A stretch of DNA of 10,006 nt from Promethearchaeota archaeon (GCA_019058015.1 JAHLWH010000110.1:1-10006), one strand, 5' to 3'. Counted from the stretch's first letter, positions 1 to 7,912 are shown. The notes: a model not told the origin generated them from the sequence alone. Program-made: numbers and translations.

Positions 1-60
1 GTGTAAAACATCCTTTTTATCTGATTTATATGCATTTTTAATAATTGCGTGAAATTCTGA
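1..60 (-). pseudogene. In-frame continuation of the dehydratase gene beyond the TGA (runs off the window edge)
   Basis: The reverse complement of 60..1 reads SEFHAIIKNAYKSDKKDVLH with no stop, in the same frame. It resembles the 'G-S-E-F..hh' helix that follows this point in the family. Confidence 0.65.
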
Positions 61-552
61 TCATAACAAGAAACCTTTATTTCTATATTCAGAAATCTTT
101 TTTAATAACTTACGAATTTCATTCGTTAAATTTATTGCTTCATAAAGTTTTTTATCAGTTATTTCAACCCCAAAATGTTCTTCCAGTCGAAATTTTAATT
201 CTTTTAAATCATTAATAAAAAATTTTAAAGATATTTTATCTCGCTTTAATGGTGCATTTAAGAAATAATAAAAATCATAGGAAACATGCTCAAACCATAT
301 ATCATATTCGCGATTTGAACAATCACATGCGTGAGTTATAATAATTCCTTTTATATCTTTATCTAATCCGTTTAACCCTCTCTGAAGGCAATTTCTTGCC
401 CAGAAACAATGATTAGGGGGTACGAATTTATCAGCATCCATTAGATCAATTGTTGGATCCCCAAAAATTCTATATGGGATTAAATTCGCTGCTATCATTA
501 ATTCTTCCGGAGTATTAAAACTTGGATCAACATAACCTATTTTGTAAGCCAT
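61..552 (-). CDS. 2-hydroxyacyl-CoA dehydratase subunit (HgdB/FldC/BcrC-BadD family), N-terminal half, ending at a premature in-frame TGA
   Basis: Family motifs IGY..(x)PEELMIAANLIPYRI, NHCFWAR, HACDC and FFINDLKELKFRLEEHFGVEITDKKLYEAINLTNEIRKLL. At 163 aa it is about half the usual length, and the frame stays open after the TGA at 61-63. Confidence 0.85.
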   Translation of the reverse strand: MAYKIGYVDPSFNTPEELMIAANLIPYRIFGDPTIDLMDADKFVPPNHCFWARNCLQRGLNGLDKDIKGIIITHACDCSNREYDIWFEHVSYDFYYFLNAPLKRDKISLKFFINDLKELKFRLEEHFGVEITDKKLYEAINLTNEIRKLLKKISEYRNKGFLL

Positions 553-739
553 TTTATTTTAAATCCGGAAATTATAATTTAATTTTAACTAATGTTTAGT
601 TAAATTATATGATTAAATATTATAAGCTTTTTATTAATCACGAGAATATTCGCTTGAAATCAATACTTAAAATAAAAAAATATTTAAGTTTTAAAACAAA
701 ATACAACTTATAATCTAATCAAATTCAGTCGAAGATATT

Positions 740-1072
740 TTGGAACACGTACAGAATATTCATAATTATTTAGCAAAAGCGACGCTTCAGCCAAGTGTAA
801 GGATAAAAATTAAAATCTGGAACACTTACATAGTTGGAAAGATAATTAAATTTGATAATCATTTGAATCTTTTATTATCTGATGCAAGAGAAATTTATTT
901 GGGACCAGGGGGACATCGAGAAAAAGAACTTGGAAATATTATGATACGTGGTGCAAGCATTATACTAATTGGACAAGAATATGAAACCATAAATCTAAGT
1001 GAAGAAAAAATTTCCCAATTGATGGAAGATGAAGATGAAGGTATAAGTGACAATGGAGGAGCAGAATATTAA
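740..1072 (+). CDS. Sm-like archaeal protein (SmAP/LSm family RNA-binding protein) with an acidic C-terminal tail
   Basis: Sm1 motif IVGKIIKFDNHLNLLLSDARE and Sm2 motif LGNIMIRGASIILI. TTG start, with an in-frame TAA at 716-718 limiting any upstream extension. It lies directly upstream of rpl37e, a known archaeal gene pair. Confidence 0.9.
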   Translation: MEHVQNIHNYLAKATLQPSVRIKIKIWNTYIVGKIIKFDNHLNLLLSDAREIYLGPGGHREKELGNIMIRGASIILIGQEYETINLSEEKISQLMEDEDEGISDNGGAEY

Positions 1073-1093
1073 ATTTTAAAGAGTGAATAAATA

Positions 1094-1294
1094 ATGACAA
1101 AAGGAACACCAAGTTTTGGAAAACATAACAAAAGAGCCAGCCACAGAATATGCCGTAGATGTGGAAATAGATCTTATCACCGGCAGAAAAAAGTTTGTGC
1201 AAGTTGTGGCTTCGGAGCTAGCGCTAAATTAAGAAAATTTAATTGGAGCCATCACGTAGGAGCTTTTAACGGCCAAAAGGCATATCATAAGTGA
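1094..1294 (+). CDS. rpl37e: 50S ribosomal protein L37e (eL37)
   Basis: [11 protein letters not shown]-terminus, [18 protein letters not shown] zinc finger and KLRKFNW. SD-like GAGTGA at 1081-1086. Confidence 0.98.
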   Translation: MTKGTPSFGKHNKRASHRICRRCGNRSYHRQKKVCASCGFGASAKLRKFNWSHHVGAFNGQKAYHK

Positions 1295-1359
1295 TTTATT
1301 ATCTAATTTTTTATGATATTAGACTTTTTATGTTTTATTAAATTTATAGATAATATATT

Positions 1360-1893
1360 ATGATAATTGAGAGTCCTCATAGTGGAAAAAAGCCAATTAT
1401 TCATGAATCGGTATTCATCGCCCCAACTGCAGTAATTATAGGTGATGTTGAGATTGGAGAGGGATCAAATATATGGTTTGGCGTAGTGTTGCGTGGAGAT
1501 TGGGGTAGAATTCGAATAGGAAAATTTACTTCAATTCAAGAGAATGTAACTGTTCATACCGAAGTCGATAAAGAAGCAATAATTGGAGATAATTGTATTG
1601 TTGGACATCATGCGATGATTCATGGACCGTGTGTTATTGAAAATGGATGTTTAATAGGAATAGGTTCTAATGTCCTTAATAATTCCAAATTAGGCGAAGG
1701 TTGTTTATTAGCTGGTGGGGCGGTTTTAACAAATAAGGAAATACCTCCAAGAAAATTAGTTGTTGGTATACCTGCTGAGATTAAAAAAGATTTAAAAAGT
1801 ACTGGAAAGGCATTGGGAGAAAAAAATTCAATGGGTTATTATATTAACGGTCAGGAATTCAAAAAACTTTTTGAAAATTTAAGTAAGAATTAA
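1360..1893 (+). CDS. Gamma carbonic anhydrase family protein (YrdA/PaaY/CaiE-like, left-handed beta-helix)
   Basis: Hexapeptide repeats, IIGDVEIG, IWFGVVLRGD, IQENVTVH and VGHHAMIHG (three putative metal-binding His), and LVVGIPA. Confidence 0.93.
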   Translation: MIIESPHSGKKPIIHESVFIAPTAVIIGDVEIGEGSNIWFGVVLRGDWGRIRIGKFTSIQENVTVHTEVDKEAIIGDNCIVGHHAMIHGPCVIENGCLIGIGSNVLNNSKLGEGCLLAGGAVLTNKEIPPRKLVVGIPAEIKKDLKSTGKALGEKNSMGYYINGQEFKKLFENLSKN

Positions 1894-1926
1894 AAATGGT
1901 TAAAAATTACCATAAGTTGAAATTTT

Positions 1927-2808
1927 ATGTTATTAAAAGGAAAAAATATTGTCATAACAGGTTCAGGGCGGGGCATTGGAAAGGAAATTGCATTGACTTG
2001 TGCAAGGGAAGGAGCCAACATAGGATTGACATCAAGAACTAGAGAAGAATTAGATAATGTGAAAAAAGAAATACAAAATATAGGATCTGGAGTAAAGGTT
2101 GTCATAGTGACTGGGGATATTTCAAAATATGAAGATACAGAAAATATTTTTAAAACATTGCATAATGAACTTGGTCCATTAGATGGTGTTATTGCAAATG
2201 CAGGATATTCTCGTAGGGGTTCTTCAGATACATTCGAAATTGAGAAATTCCGACAAATCCTTGATGTAAATATTCTTGGTGTCTATTATACATTAAGAGC
2301 AGCCTTACCGTATTTAAGAAAGGATGATAAAAAAAATAAAGCTAGGTTTATTGTGACTGGAAGTGGTGTTTATCAAACGGTAATGCCCTTGTTTGCAGCT
2401 TATACTGCTAGTAAATGGGGTGTAGTCGGTTTAGTTAAGGCGTTAGCGGCGGAATATAAGAAAGAGAACATTACTTTTAACATAATATTACCAACAATGG
2501 TAGATACACGATTGTTACGTGGAAGAAAAGCGGGTGATGGAAATAAAGATGATTTTATAATGAATCCATGGGATTTAAACGAATATTATCTATTTTTGTT
2601 ATCAGATGAAGCGAATAGAATAAATGATGAATTGATTTATACTCAAAATTTTCAACAAGTAAAAAAAATTATTAATGAAGCCCCAACCGATAAAAAGGAA
2701 AATTGGGAAATATTTCAAGAGTATTTAGAAGAAAAAAATCCTAAACTATTTAATTCCGTTAAAAAATTAAAAAAATTTATTGAATTTCTTTTATTGCGAA
2801 GTAAATAA
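1927..2808 (+). CDS. Short-chain dehydrogenase/reductase (SDR) family oxidoreductase
   Basis: ITGSGRGIG Rossmann motif, GDIS, ANAG, VNILG, catalytic YTASK, PTMVDT. It has a ~55-aa charged helical C-terminal extension. Confidence 0.95.
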   Translation: MLLKGKNIVITGSGRGIGKEIALTCAREGANIGLTSRTREELDNVKKEIQNIGSGVKVVIVTGDISKYEDTENIFKTLHNELGPLDGVIANAGYSRRGSSDTFEIEKFRQILDVNILGVYYTLRAALPYLRKDDKKNKARFIVTGSGVYQTVMPLFAAYTASKWGVVGLVKALAAEYKKENITFNIILPTMVDTRLLRGRKAGDGNKDDFIMNPWDLNEYYLFLLSDEANRINDELIYTQNFQQVKKIINEAPTDKKENWEIFQEYLEEKNPKLFNSVKKLKKFIEFLLLRSK

Positions 2809-2830
2809 GTTTTTATTTCTGTTTTTTTTC
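2809..2830 (+). terminator. Putative archaeal oligo(T) terminator after the SDR gene
   Basis: GTTTTTATTTCTGTTTTTTTTC directly follows the stop codon. Confidence 0.45.
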
Positions 2831-2960
2831 AATTTATTATTTATTAGCATAGAGATTTTATACAATCTAGACTTTAAATGTGCTAAAGATTGGTCTAAAA
2901 ATATTTTATTATATAGCGAAATCTTATTTTTTTAACAATTATTAGGAGTTTTAAAAAAAA

Positions 2961-4193
2961 ATGTATTGTTCAAATTGTGGAAAACAGATATCTGATGATG
3001 TAAAATTTTGTCCCGAATGTGGTGCTGATATTAAGACAGGGATAATACCTACAAAAGCAAAATCTGTCACTCCGACCCCACTTCAGGCTCGAAATCATAC
3101 AGGGAGAAATATAGCAATAATCATCATACTTGTAACCATTCTTATTATGGTGCCTGTTACTATTTTTGTAATTGTCCCTAATACAACATGGGAAAAATAT
3201 GAAGAATCTTTTGATTACTATTATACTCCAGCATCTCCATCGGGTTTAGAGTCAATGGACTTCAATCTCGATATAGGTGGGATGATTATTAAATATAATC
3301 AAACACCAACCCCACATGTTGCGAAAATTGATGTTGATTTCGATATTGAGGGTCCATTTGTAGCTGGGAAAACTTATACAGATTATTTTAAGCCAATTTC
3401 TTGGTTAAATACTAGCACACCCATAACATTTACTTTAGAGTCTAAACCGGACGCTTGGATTTCTCCCATAACATGGTTCTCTTTTCATCAAAATATCACT
3501 GTGACTATTACTCTTAGAACAGATATCATTTATGAGATTGATGCAACTACTACTACTGGAGGTGTGGAAATGACAGTTCCAAGTGGTGTTACTCTTGGTA
3601 ATCTCCAACTTATATCTATTACAGGTGGTGTTTCCCTAAATACGGCTAAAAATTCTACTTTCCAAGGAAATTTAACAACTCAAACAACAACAGGTGGAGT
3701 TTCGATATTAGCAAATGGCGCAAATTTTACTGAAAATCTTTATGGTCACACAACTACAGGGGGGCTTACAATGAATTTTACCAATTGTATTTTTGGAGGA
3801 AATATAGTGGAGGATGTCACTACAGGTGGAATTGATTTTAAAATCTATAATCCAGAATTTACACAAGCCAGTCAATGGACACTTACTTCTACAACTGGCG
3901 GTATTGATATTGAGATTTACCAATATAAGCCAATAGGTGCAAATATAACTGGGCAAGTAACAGTAACTACTGGTGGAATTGACTTGCTTTATGAGGATAA
4001 TCAGGCTTCAGTTGGTGCTAGATTTATTGGAACGACCACCACTGGAGGAGTTGATCTTGCAAATCTTGGAGGATTTACTCAAATTGGCAATGAAATATTA
4101 GAATCCAATGATTATGACACTGCCAGTTATAAATATACTTTTGATTTGCATACAACCACCGGCGGTATTGAAGTGGATGGTAAAAGTGCTTAA
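2961..4193 (+). CDS. Zinc-ribbon domain, single-pass membrane protein with a DUF4097-like (TTGG repeat) beta-solenoid ectodomain
   Basis: N-terminal CSNCG-x-FCPECG zinc ribbon, hydrophobic IAIIIILVTILIMVPVTIFVIV, and nine (T/I)TGG-[VIL] repeats. SD-like AGGAG at 2944-2948. Confidence 0.85.
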   Translation: MYCSNCGKQISDDVKFCPECGADIKTGIIPTKAKSVTPTPLQARNHTGRNIAIIIILVTILIMVPVTIFVIVPNTTWEKYEESFDYYYTPASPSGLESMDFNLDIGGMIIKYNQTPTPHVAKIDVDFDIEGPFVAGKTYTDYFKPISWLNTSTPITFTLESKPDAWISPITWFSFHQNITVTITLRTDIIYEIDATTTTGGVEMTVPSGVTLGNLQLISITGGVSLNTAKNSTFQGNLTTQTTTGGVSILANGANFTENLYGHTTTGGLTMNFTNCIFGGNIVEDVTTGGIDFKIYNPEFTQASQWTLTSTTGGIDIEIYQYKPIGANITGQVTVTTGGIDLLYEDNQASVGARFIGTTTTGGVDLANLGGFTQIGNEILESNDYDTASYKYTFDLHTTTGGIEVDGKSA

Positions 4194-4200
4194 ATAATAA

Positions 4201-4238
4201 TTTTTAATTTCTTTTTTTTTTTTGATTTTTTTACTTTT
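4201..4238 (+). terminator. Putative archaeal oligo(T) terminator
   Basis: Several T runs, including T12 at 4212-4223, beginning 8 nt after the TAA of the DUF4097-like gene. Confidence 0.55.
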
Positions 4239-4297
4239 GTCAAATGTTATCAAGATTTTTTAATTTAAAAAGCTAAACTACAAATTTCCTTATTTAT

Positions 4298-4305
4298 TTT
4301 ATATA
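4298..4305 (+). promoter_or_regulatory. Putative archaeal TATA box for the MBL hydrolase gene
   Basis: TTTATATA ends about 22 nt upstream of the TTG at 4327, which is the spacing expected for a leaderless or short-leader transcript. The AT-rich background lowers specificity. Confidence 0.35.
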
Positions 4306-4326
4306 GTATTTAATTTATTCAATCAT

Positions 4327-5364
4327 TTGGTTCAAAGTCTTCATATGTATAAGTCTGAATTTAGTGAAATTGAAGGGGTTTATCGATTTAAAATAGATGT
4401 TCCATTTGAGGTTAAATTTGTGTGTATATATCTATTAAAAATTGATAATAAGAATGTTCTGATTGATGCGGGTTTAAATTTAGGGGATTGGAGTAAGGTT
4501 TTTTTTTCTGTATTAAATGATGCAAAATTAAATATCAAAGATATCGATTATTGTATTATTTCACATGCCCATTTAGACCATGTTGGCTTACTAAAGAAAT
4601 TTAAACGTAAAAATCCTAATTTGCAGATATTAATGCATGATATTACTAATGAAATACTTAAGTGGAGCACTGATCCTGAAAACTTTAAAGAGATTGAAAT
4701 TTCAGCAAATAAAATGGCTCAAGAGATGATAAAATATGGAATTAGTGATAAACAGGGAAAAAGAATAAGTCAATTTTTTACTTCTTGGCCAAAAATGATA
4801 AGATATCAAAAACCAGATATGCTTTTACACGATGGTGATGAAATCACTTTTGGGACTAATAAATTAAAAATTATTTGGACACCAGGGCATAGTTTTGGAC
4901 ATATTTGCGTTTTTGATCAAAACAAACAGCATCTCTTCTCAGGTGATCACATTCTTTCGGAAATAACCCCACATATAGGAATCTTTAATATATCTCCGGC
5001 TCTTAAAGAGAAATATAATTTCAATAATATTCTTGGAAATTATTTGGAATCATTAGATCGTATTGATAAGTTAAGCCCCAAAATTATCTTTGCTGCACAT
5101 CAAAAAATCATTTATAACCCTCATCATCGTATTCTGGAAATTAAAGAACATCATAAAAACCGATTAAATGAAATTCATAACTTAATTATGGATAGTCCAT
5201 TAACTCCCTATATGATTTCGCAAATTCACTTCGGAGAAGATTTAGACGAAATGAATTCATTTTTAGCGTTAAATGAAGTGTTAAGTCATTTGATTTATTT
5301 AGAACATCAAGAAAAAGTAAAAAGAATCGAAAGGAATGAGAAAATTTTATTTACGGCTAATTAA
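4327..5364 (+). CDS. MBL-fold metallo-hydrolase with a C-terminal winged-helix-like domain (glyoxalase II/LACTB2-like family)
   Basis: LIDAG, SHAHLDHVG (HxHxDH), TPGHSFGH, LFSGDH, FAAH, and C-terminal EVLSHLIYLE..KV. Alternative ATG start at 4345. Confidence 0.92.
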   Translation: MVQSLHMYKSEFSEIEGVYRFKIDVPFEVKFVCIYLLKIDNKNVLIDAGLNLGDWSKVFFSVLNDAKLNIKDIDYCIISHAHLDHVGLLKKFKRKNPNLQILMHDITNEILKWSTDPENFKEIEISANKMAQEMIKYGISDKQGKRISQFFTSWPKMIRYQKPDMLLHDGDEITFGTNKLKIIWTPGHSFGHICVFDQNKQHLFSGDHILSEITPHIGIFNISPALKEKYNFNNILGNYLESLDRIDKLSPKIIFAAHQKIIYNPHHRILEIKEHHKNRLNEIHNLIMDSPLTPYMISQIHFGEDLDEMNSFLALNEVLSHLIYLEHQEKVKRIERNEKILFTAN

Positions 5365-5400
5365 TATGCAAGATTCATTAGATTAACTTAATATCCCATA

Positions 5401-6144
5401 TCATTTTGAACAAATACATTTTTCATGTCTTTGAACAGGAATTTTATCAAAAGACATATTAAGTAAATTTACCATTAACAAATTGTTTTCAAGAGTTTCT
5501 CCAATATTTAATATTGATTTAATTACCTCTAGAGCCTCTAAAGTACCTAACACTCCAGGAGTTACACCAATAACTGGTAAAGGTTCTTCCTTTATAGTTA
5601 ATTTTTCAGGTTCGCCAAAAAAAACACACCTATAACAAGCAGATTTTTTTGGATTAATTGTCATTATTTGTCCATAAAAATCTTTTACACCAGCAATTGT
5701 GCATTTCACATTATTTCTAAGGGCAGCATCATTAACCAGAAATTTCGTTTTGGCGTTATCGCTACAATCTACAATATAGTCTTTTCCTTTGATTAATTCA
5801 TCAATAGATTTATCATCAACATACATTTTTTTAATAATAATTTGTGTATCAGAATTCATATCATTTAATCTTTCTTTAGCTACCTCAACCTTCACTCGAT
5901 TCAATGAACTATCATCATATAATATTTGTCTCTGTAAATTTGATAACTCCAAAATATCATTATCAACAATAGTTAATTCTCCAATTCCAGCTGCCACCAA
6001 ATACATTGAACAAGGAGACCCTAACCCTCCCGCTCCTATCTGCAGTATTTTTGACTTTAATAATTTTTCTTGTCCTTTTTCTCCAATTTCCTGGCTAATT
6101 AACTGTCTTGCATATCTTATTTTTTGTTCTTCAGATAATGGCAT
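5401..6144 (-). CDS. ThiF/MoeB/HesA family E1-like adenylyltransferase
   Basis: RYARQ, GQEKL, IGAGGLGS, VDND.LELSNLQRQ, DCSDN, CYRC and a C-terminal CIC. SD-like AGGAG at 6155-6159 on the minus strand. Confidence 0.93.
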   Translation of the reverse strand: MPLSEEQKIRYARQLISQEIGEKGQEKLLKSKILQIGAGGLGSPCSMYLVAAGIGELTIVDNDILELSNLQRQILYDDSSLNRVKVEVAKERLNDMNSDTQIIIKKMYVDDKSIDELIKGKDYIVDCSDNAKTKFLVNDAALRNNVKCTIAGVKDFYGQIMTINPKKSACYRCVFFGEPEKLTIKEEPLPVIGVTPGVLGTLEALEVIKSILNIGETLENNLLMVNLLNMSFDKIPVQRHEKCICSK

Positions 6145-6293
6145 AATTCTACTACTCCTATTTTTTCTTTATTAAATTTGGTTGATTAAAAGAGATCAAC
6201 ATAATTGTTTTAAATGTTATGATTAAAATTTATTAATTTGCTAAAAATAAAAATGATAATATGGATATTTTAAAATATATTAAAAAAAATTAA

Positions 6294-7490
6294 TTATTTA
6301 GTATTAGCTATTTCTCTGCCGAATTCTACGCATTTTTCCAAACTTTTATCATCAGGGTTCCACAAAGCGCGTATACCGTCATTAATTACAGAAAAACCGC
6401 TCTTTTCTAAATGTTCCTTTATAACCTTTATTGATTCTCCACTCCATCCATAACAGCCGAATGACGCCGCTTTCTTGTTTTTAAAACGCATTCCTTTAAT
6501 CATCTCCAAAATTTCGGCAACACCAGATAGAATTCCTCCACCAATAGTAGGTGATCCTACAAGAATAATCCTAGATTTAAAGATCTCTGTAATTAAGTCG
6601 TTTTTATCGGTTTTTGCTATATTATACAATTTAACATTAACTTTCTTATCAATTTCACGAATTCCTTTTGTAATTGCTTCGGCCATTCTTTTTGTTCCAT
6701 CCCACATTGTATCGTATAATATTGTAATTTGGTTTTCTTGGTAATCGTTAGCCCAAGTTAAATATTTTTCTACGATTTGAGTTGGATTGTCTCTCCAAAT
6801 AACTCCATGACTTGTTGCAATAATATCAATAGGGATTTTAAGATCTAAAACCTCTTTTATTTTTTTATCAACAAACGCACTGAAAGGCGTGAGAATATTA
6901 GCATAATATTTTATGCATTCCGCATAAAGTTCATTTTGATCAACGAGATCGTTATACATAAATTCATTGGCGTAATGTTGACCAAAAGCATCGTTGCTGA
7001 ATAATATATTGTCTTTGGTCAAATAACATGCCATACTATCAGGCCAATGAAGCATCCTCATTTCTACAAAGATTAATTGTTTACCATTTCCTAGATCTAA
7101 CGTATCCCCCGTTTTTACTACTTGAAAATTCCAATCTTTATGATAATGTCCCCTTATTGACTTTACGCCATTTGCAGTACAATATATTGGCGTTTCTGGT
7201 ATTTTTTCCATGAGTTCCGGAAGTGCTCCGCTATGATCAATCTCCGCGTGATTTGCAATAACGTAATCAATTTTATTTAAGTCAACTTCTTTAGATAGAT
7301 TCTCAACAAATTCTTTCGAAAAGGGCTTCCAAACAGTATCAATTAGTACAATTTTTTCTTCCTTAATTAAGTAGGAATTGTAAGTAGAACCACGATTCGT
7401 GGAATATTCGTTTCCATGGAATTTTCTTAGTTCCCAATCTATTTTACCGACCCAATAAACATTATTTTTTATTTTAAAGCTCATATACAT
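6294..7490 (-). CDS. fprA: Flavodiiron protein FprA (class A: MBL diiron domain plus flavodoxin domain; O2/NO reductase)
   Basis: GSTYNSYLI, NHAEIDHSG, LHWPDSM, LFSNDAFG, SHG, YDTMWDGT, GSPT and FGCYGWSGE. No fused rubredoxin domain. The real start may be the ATG at 7484. Confidence 0.95.
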   Translation of the reverse strand: MYMSFKIKNNVYWVGKIDWELRKFHGNEYSTNRGSTYNSYLIKEEKIVLIDTVWKPFSKEFVENLSKEVDLNKIDYVIANHAEIDHSGALPELMEKIPETPIYCTANGVKSIRGHYHKDWNFQVVKTGDTLDLGNGKQLIFVEMRMLHWPDSMACYLTKDNILFSNDAFGQHYANEFMYNDLVDQNELYAECIKYYANILTPFSAFVDKKIKEVLDLKIPIDIIATSHGVIWRDNPTQIVEKYLTWANDYQENQITILYDTMWDGTKRMAEAITKGIREIDKKVNVKLYNIAKTDKNDLITEIFKSRIILVGSPTIGGGILSGVAEILEMIKGMRFKNKKAASFGCYGWSGESIKVIKEHLEKSGFSVINDGIRALWNPDDKSLEKCVEFGREIANTK

Positions 7491-7601
7491 TACCCAAATA
7501 ATTTATTATTATTAATTTAATTAACGATATTTTTCTTCCTTTAAAAATAGCGTTTCTCTATAATATTAGCGATTTTAGTTAGAAACGATCTTTTATTCTC
7601 A

Positions 7602-7847
7602 TTGAAAGGAAAAGAGATTATTCTTGTATTTGCTTCAAATAGAGTAATTTTCCAATATCCTTATAGAGATGCAGATTTCAGTAAAGTAACAAACAAAACA
7701 AAAAATCTATTACTAATTTCTTATGGTATACCAGGAATATCAATAGAATTATTAGAGAATTCTTTAAAGAAATTTAATTATGTGCTTGAAATGATTTCCG
7801 ATACCCAATTTTCTTGTTCAGAAATAAAAAAAATAAAAAATTATTAA
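7602..7847 (+). pseudogene. C-terminal fragment of a stand-alone B3/B4 (PheRS beta editing-like) domain protein
   Basis: LKGKEIIL...YPYRDADFSKVTNKTKNLLLISYGIPGIS.E.LE resembles the C-terminal third of B3/B4-domain proteins. An in-frame TAG at 7548-7550 and the divergent fprA gene leave no room for the N-terminal part. Confidence 0.6.
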
Positions 7848-7912
7848 AAAAAAGTTAGGTATAACCATAAATTTAGAAAAAAAAGATTAATTTATTTAAA
7901 TTAAATTAATAA

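Noticed and set aside
553-739. Several TATA-like words in the divergent intergenic region
   Set aside because: Divergent promoters are expected here, but the very high AT content prevents assigning specific boxes.
960-1202. 80-aa minus-strand ORF
   Set aside because: Antisense to the well-supported SmAP and rpl37e genes, with no recognisable motif.
1890-2105. 71-aa minus-strand ORF
   Set aside because: Antisense shadow of the SDR 5' end.
3708-3956. 82-aa Cys-rich minus-strand ORF
   Set aside because: Entirely antisense to the Thr-rich repeat region; the Cys codons are reverse complements of ACA/GCA codons.
3540-4170. Recurring ACNACNGGNGG DNA motif that could suggest a CRISPR-like or tandem repeat
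   Set aside because: Third codon positions vary and spacing is irregular but in frame; the TTGG protein repeat explains it fully.
5789-6175. 128-aa plus-strand ORF
   Set aside because: Antisense shadow of the ThiF/MoeB gene, with the Ser/Ile/Phe-rich composition typical of shadows.
6475-7213. Two plus-strand ORFs (6475-6744 and 7028-7213)
   Set aside because: Both are antisense to fprA and have no motifs.
7390-7402. Inverted repeat CCACGA-T-TCGTGG
   Set aside because: Short and inside fprA coding sequence (STNRG); a 1-nt loop cannot form a useful hairpin.
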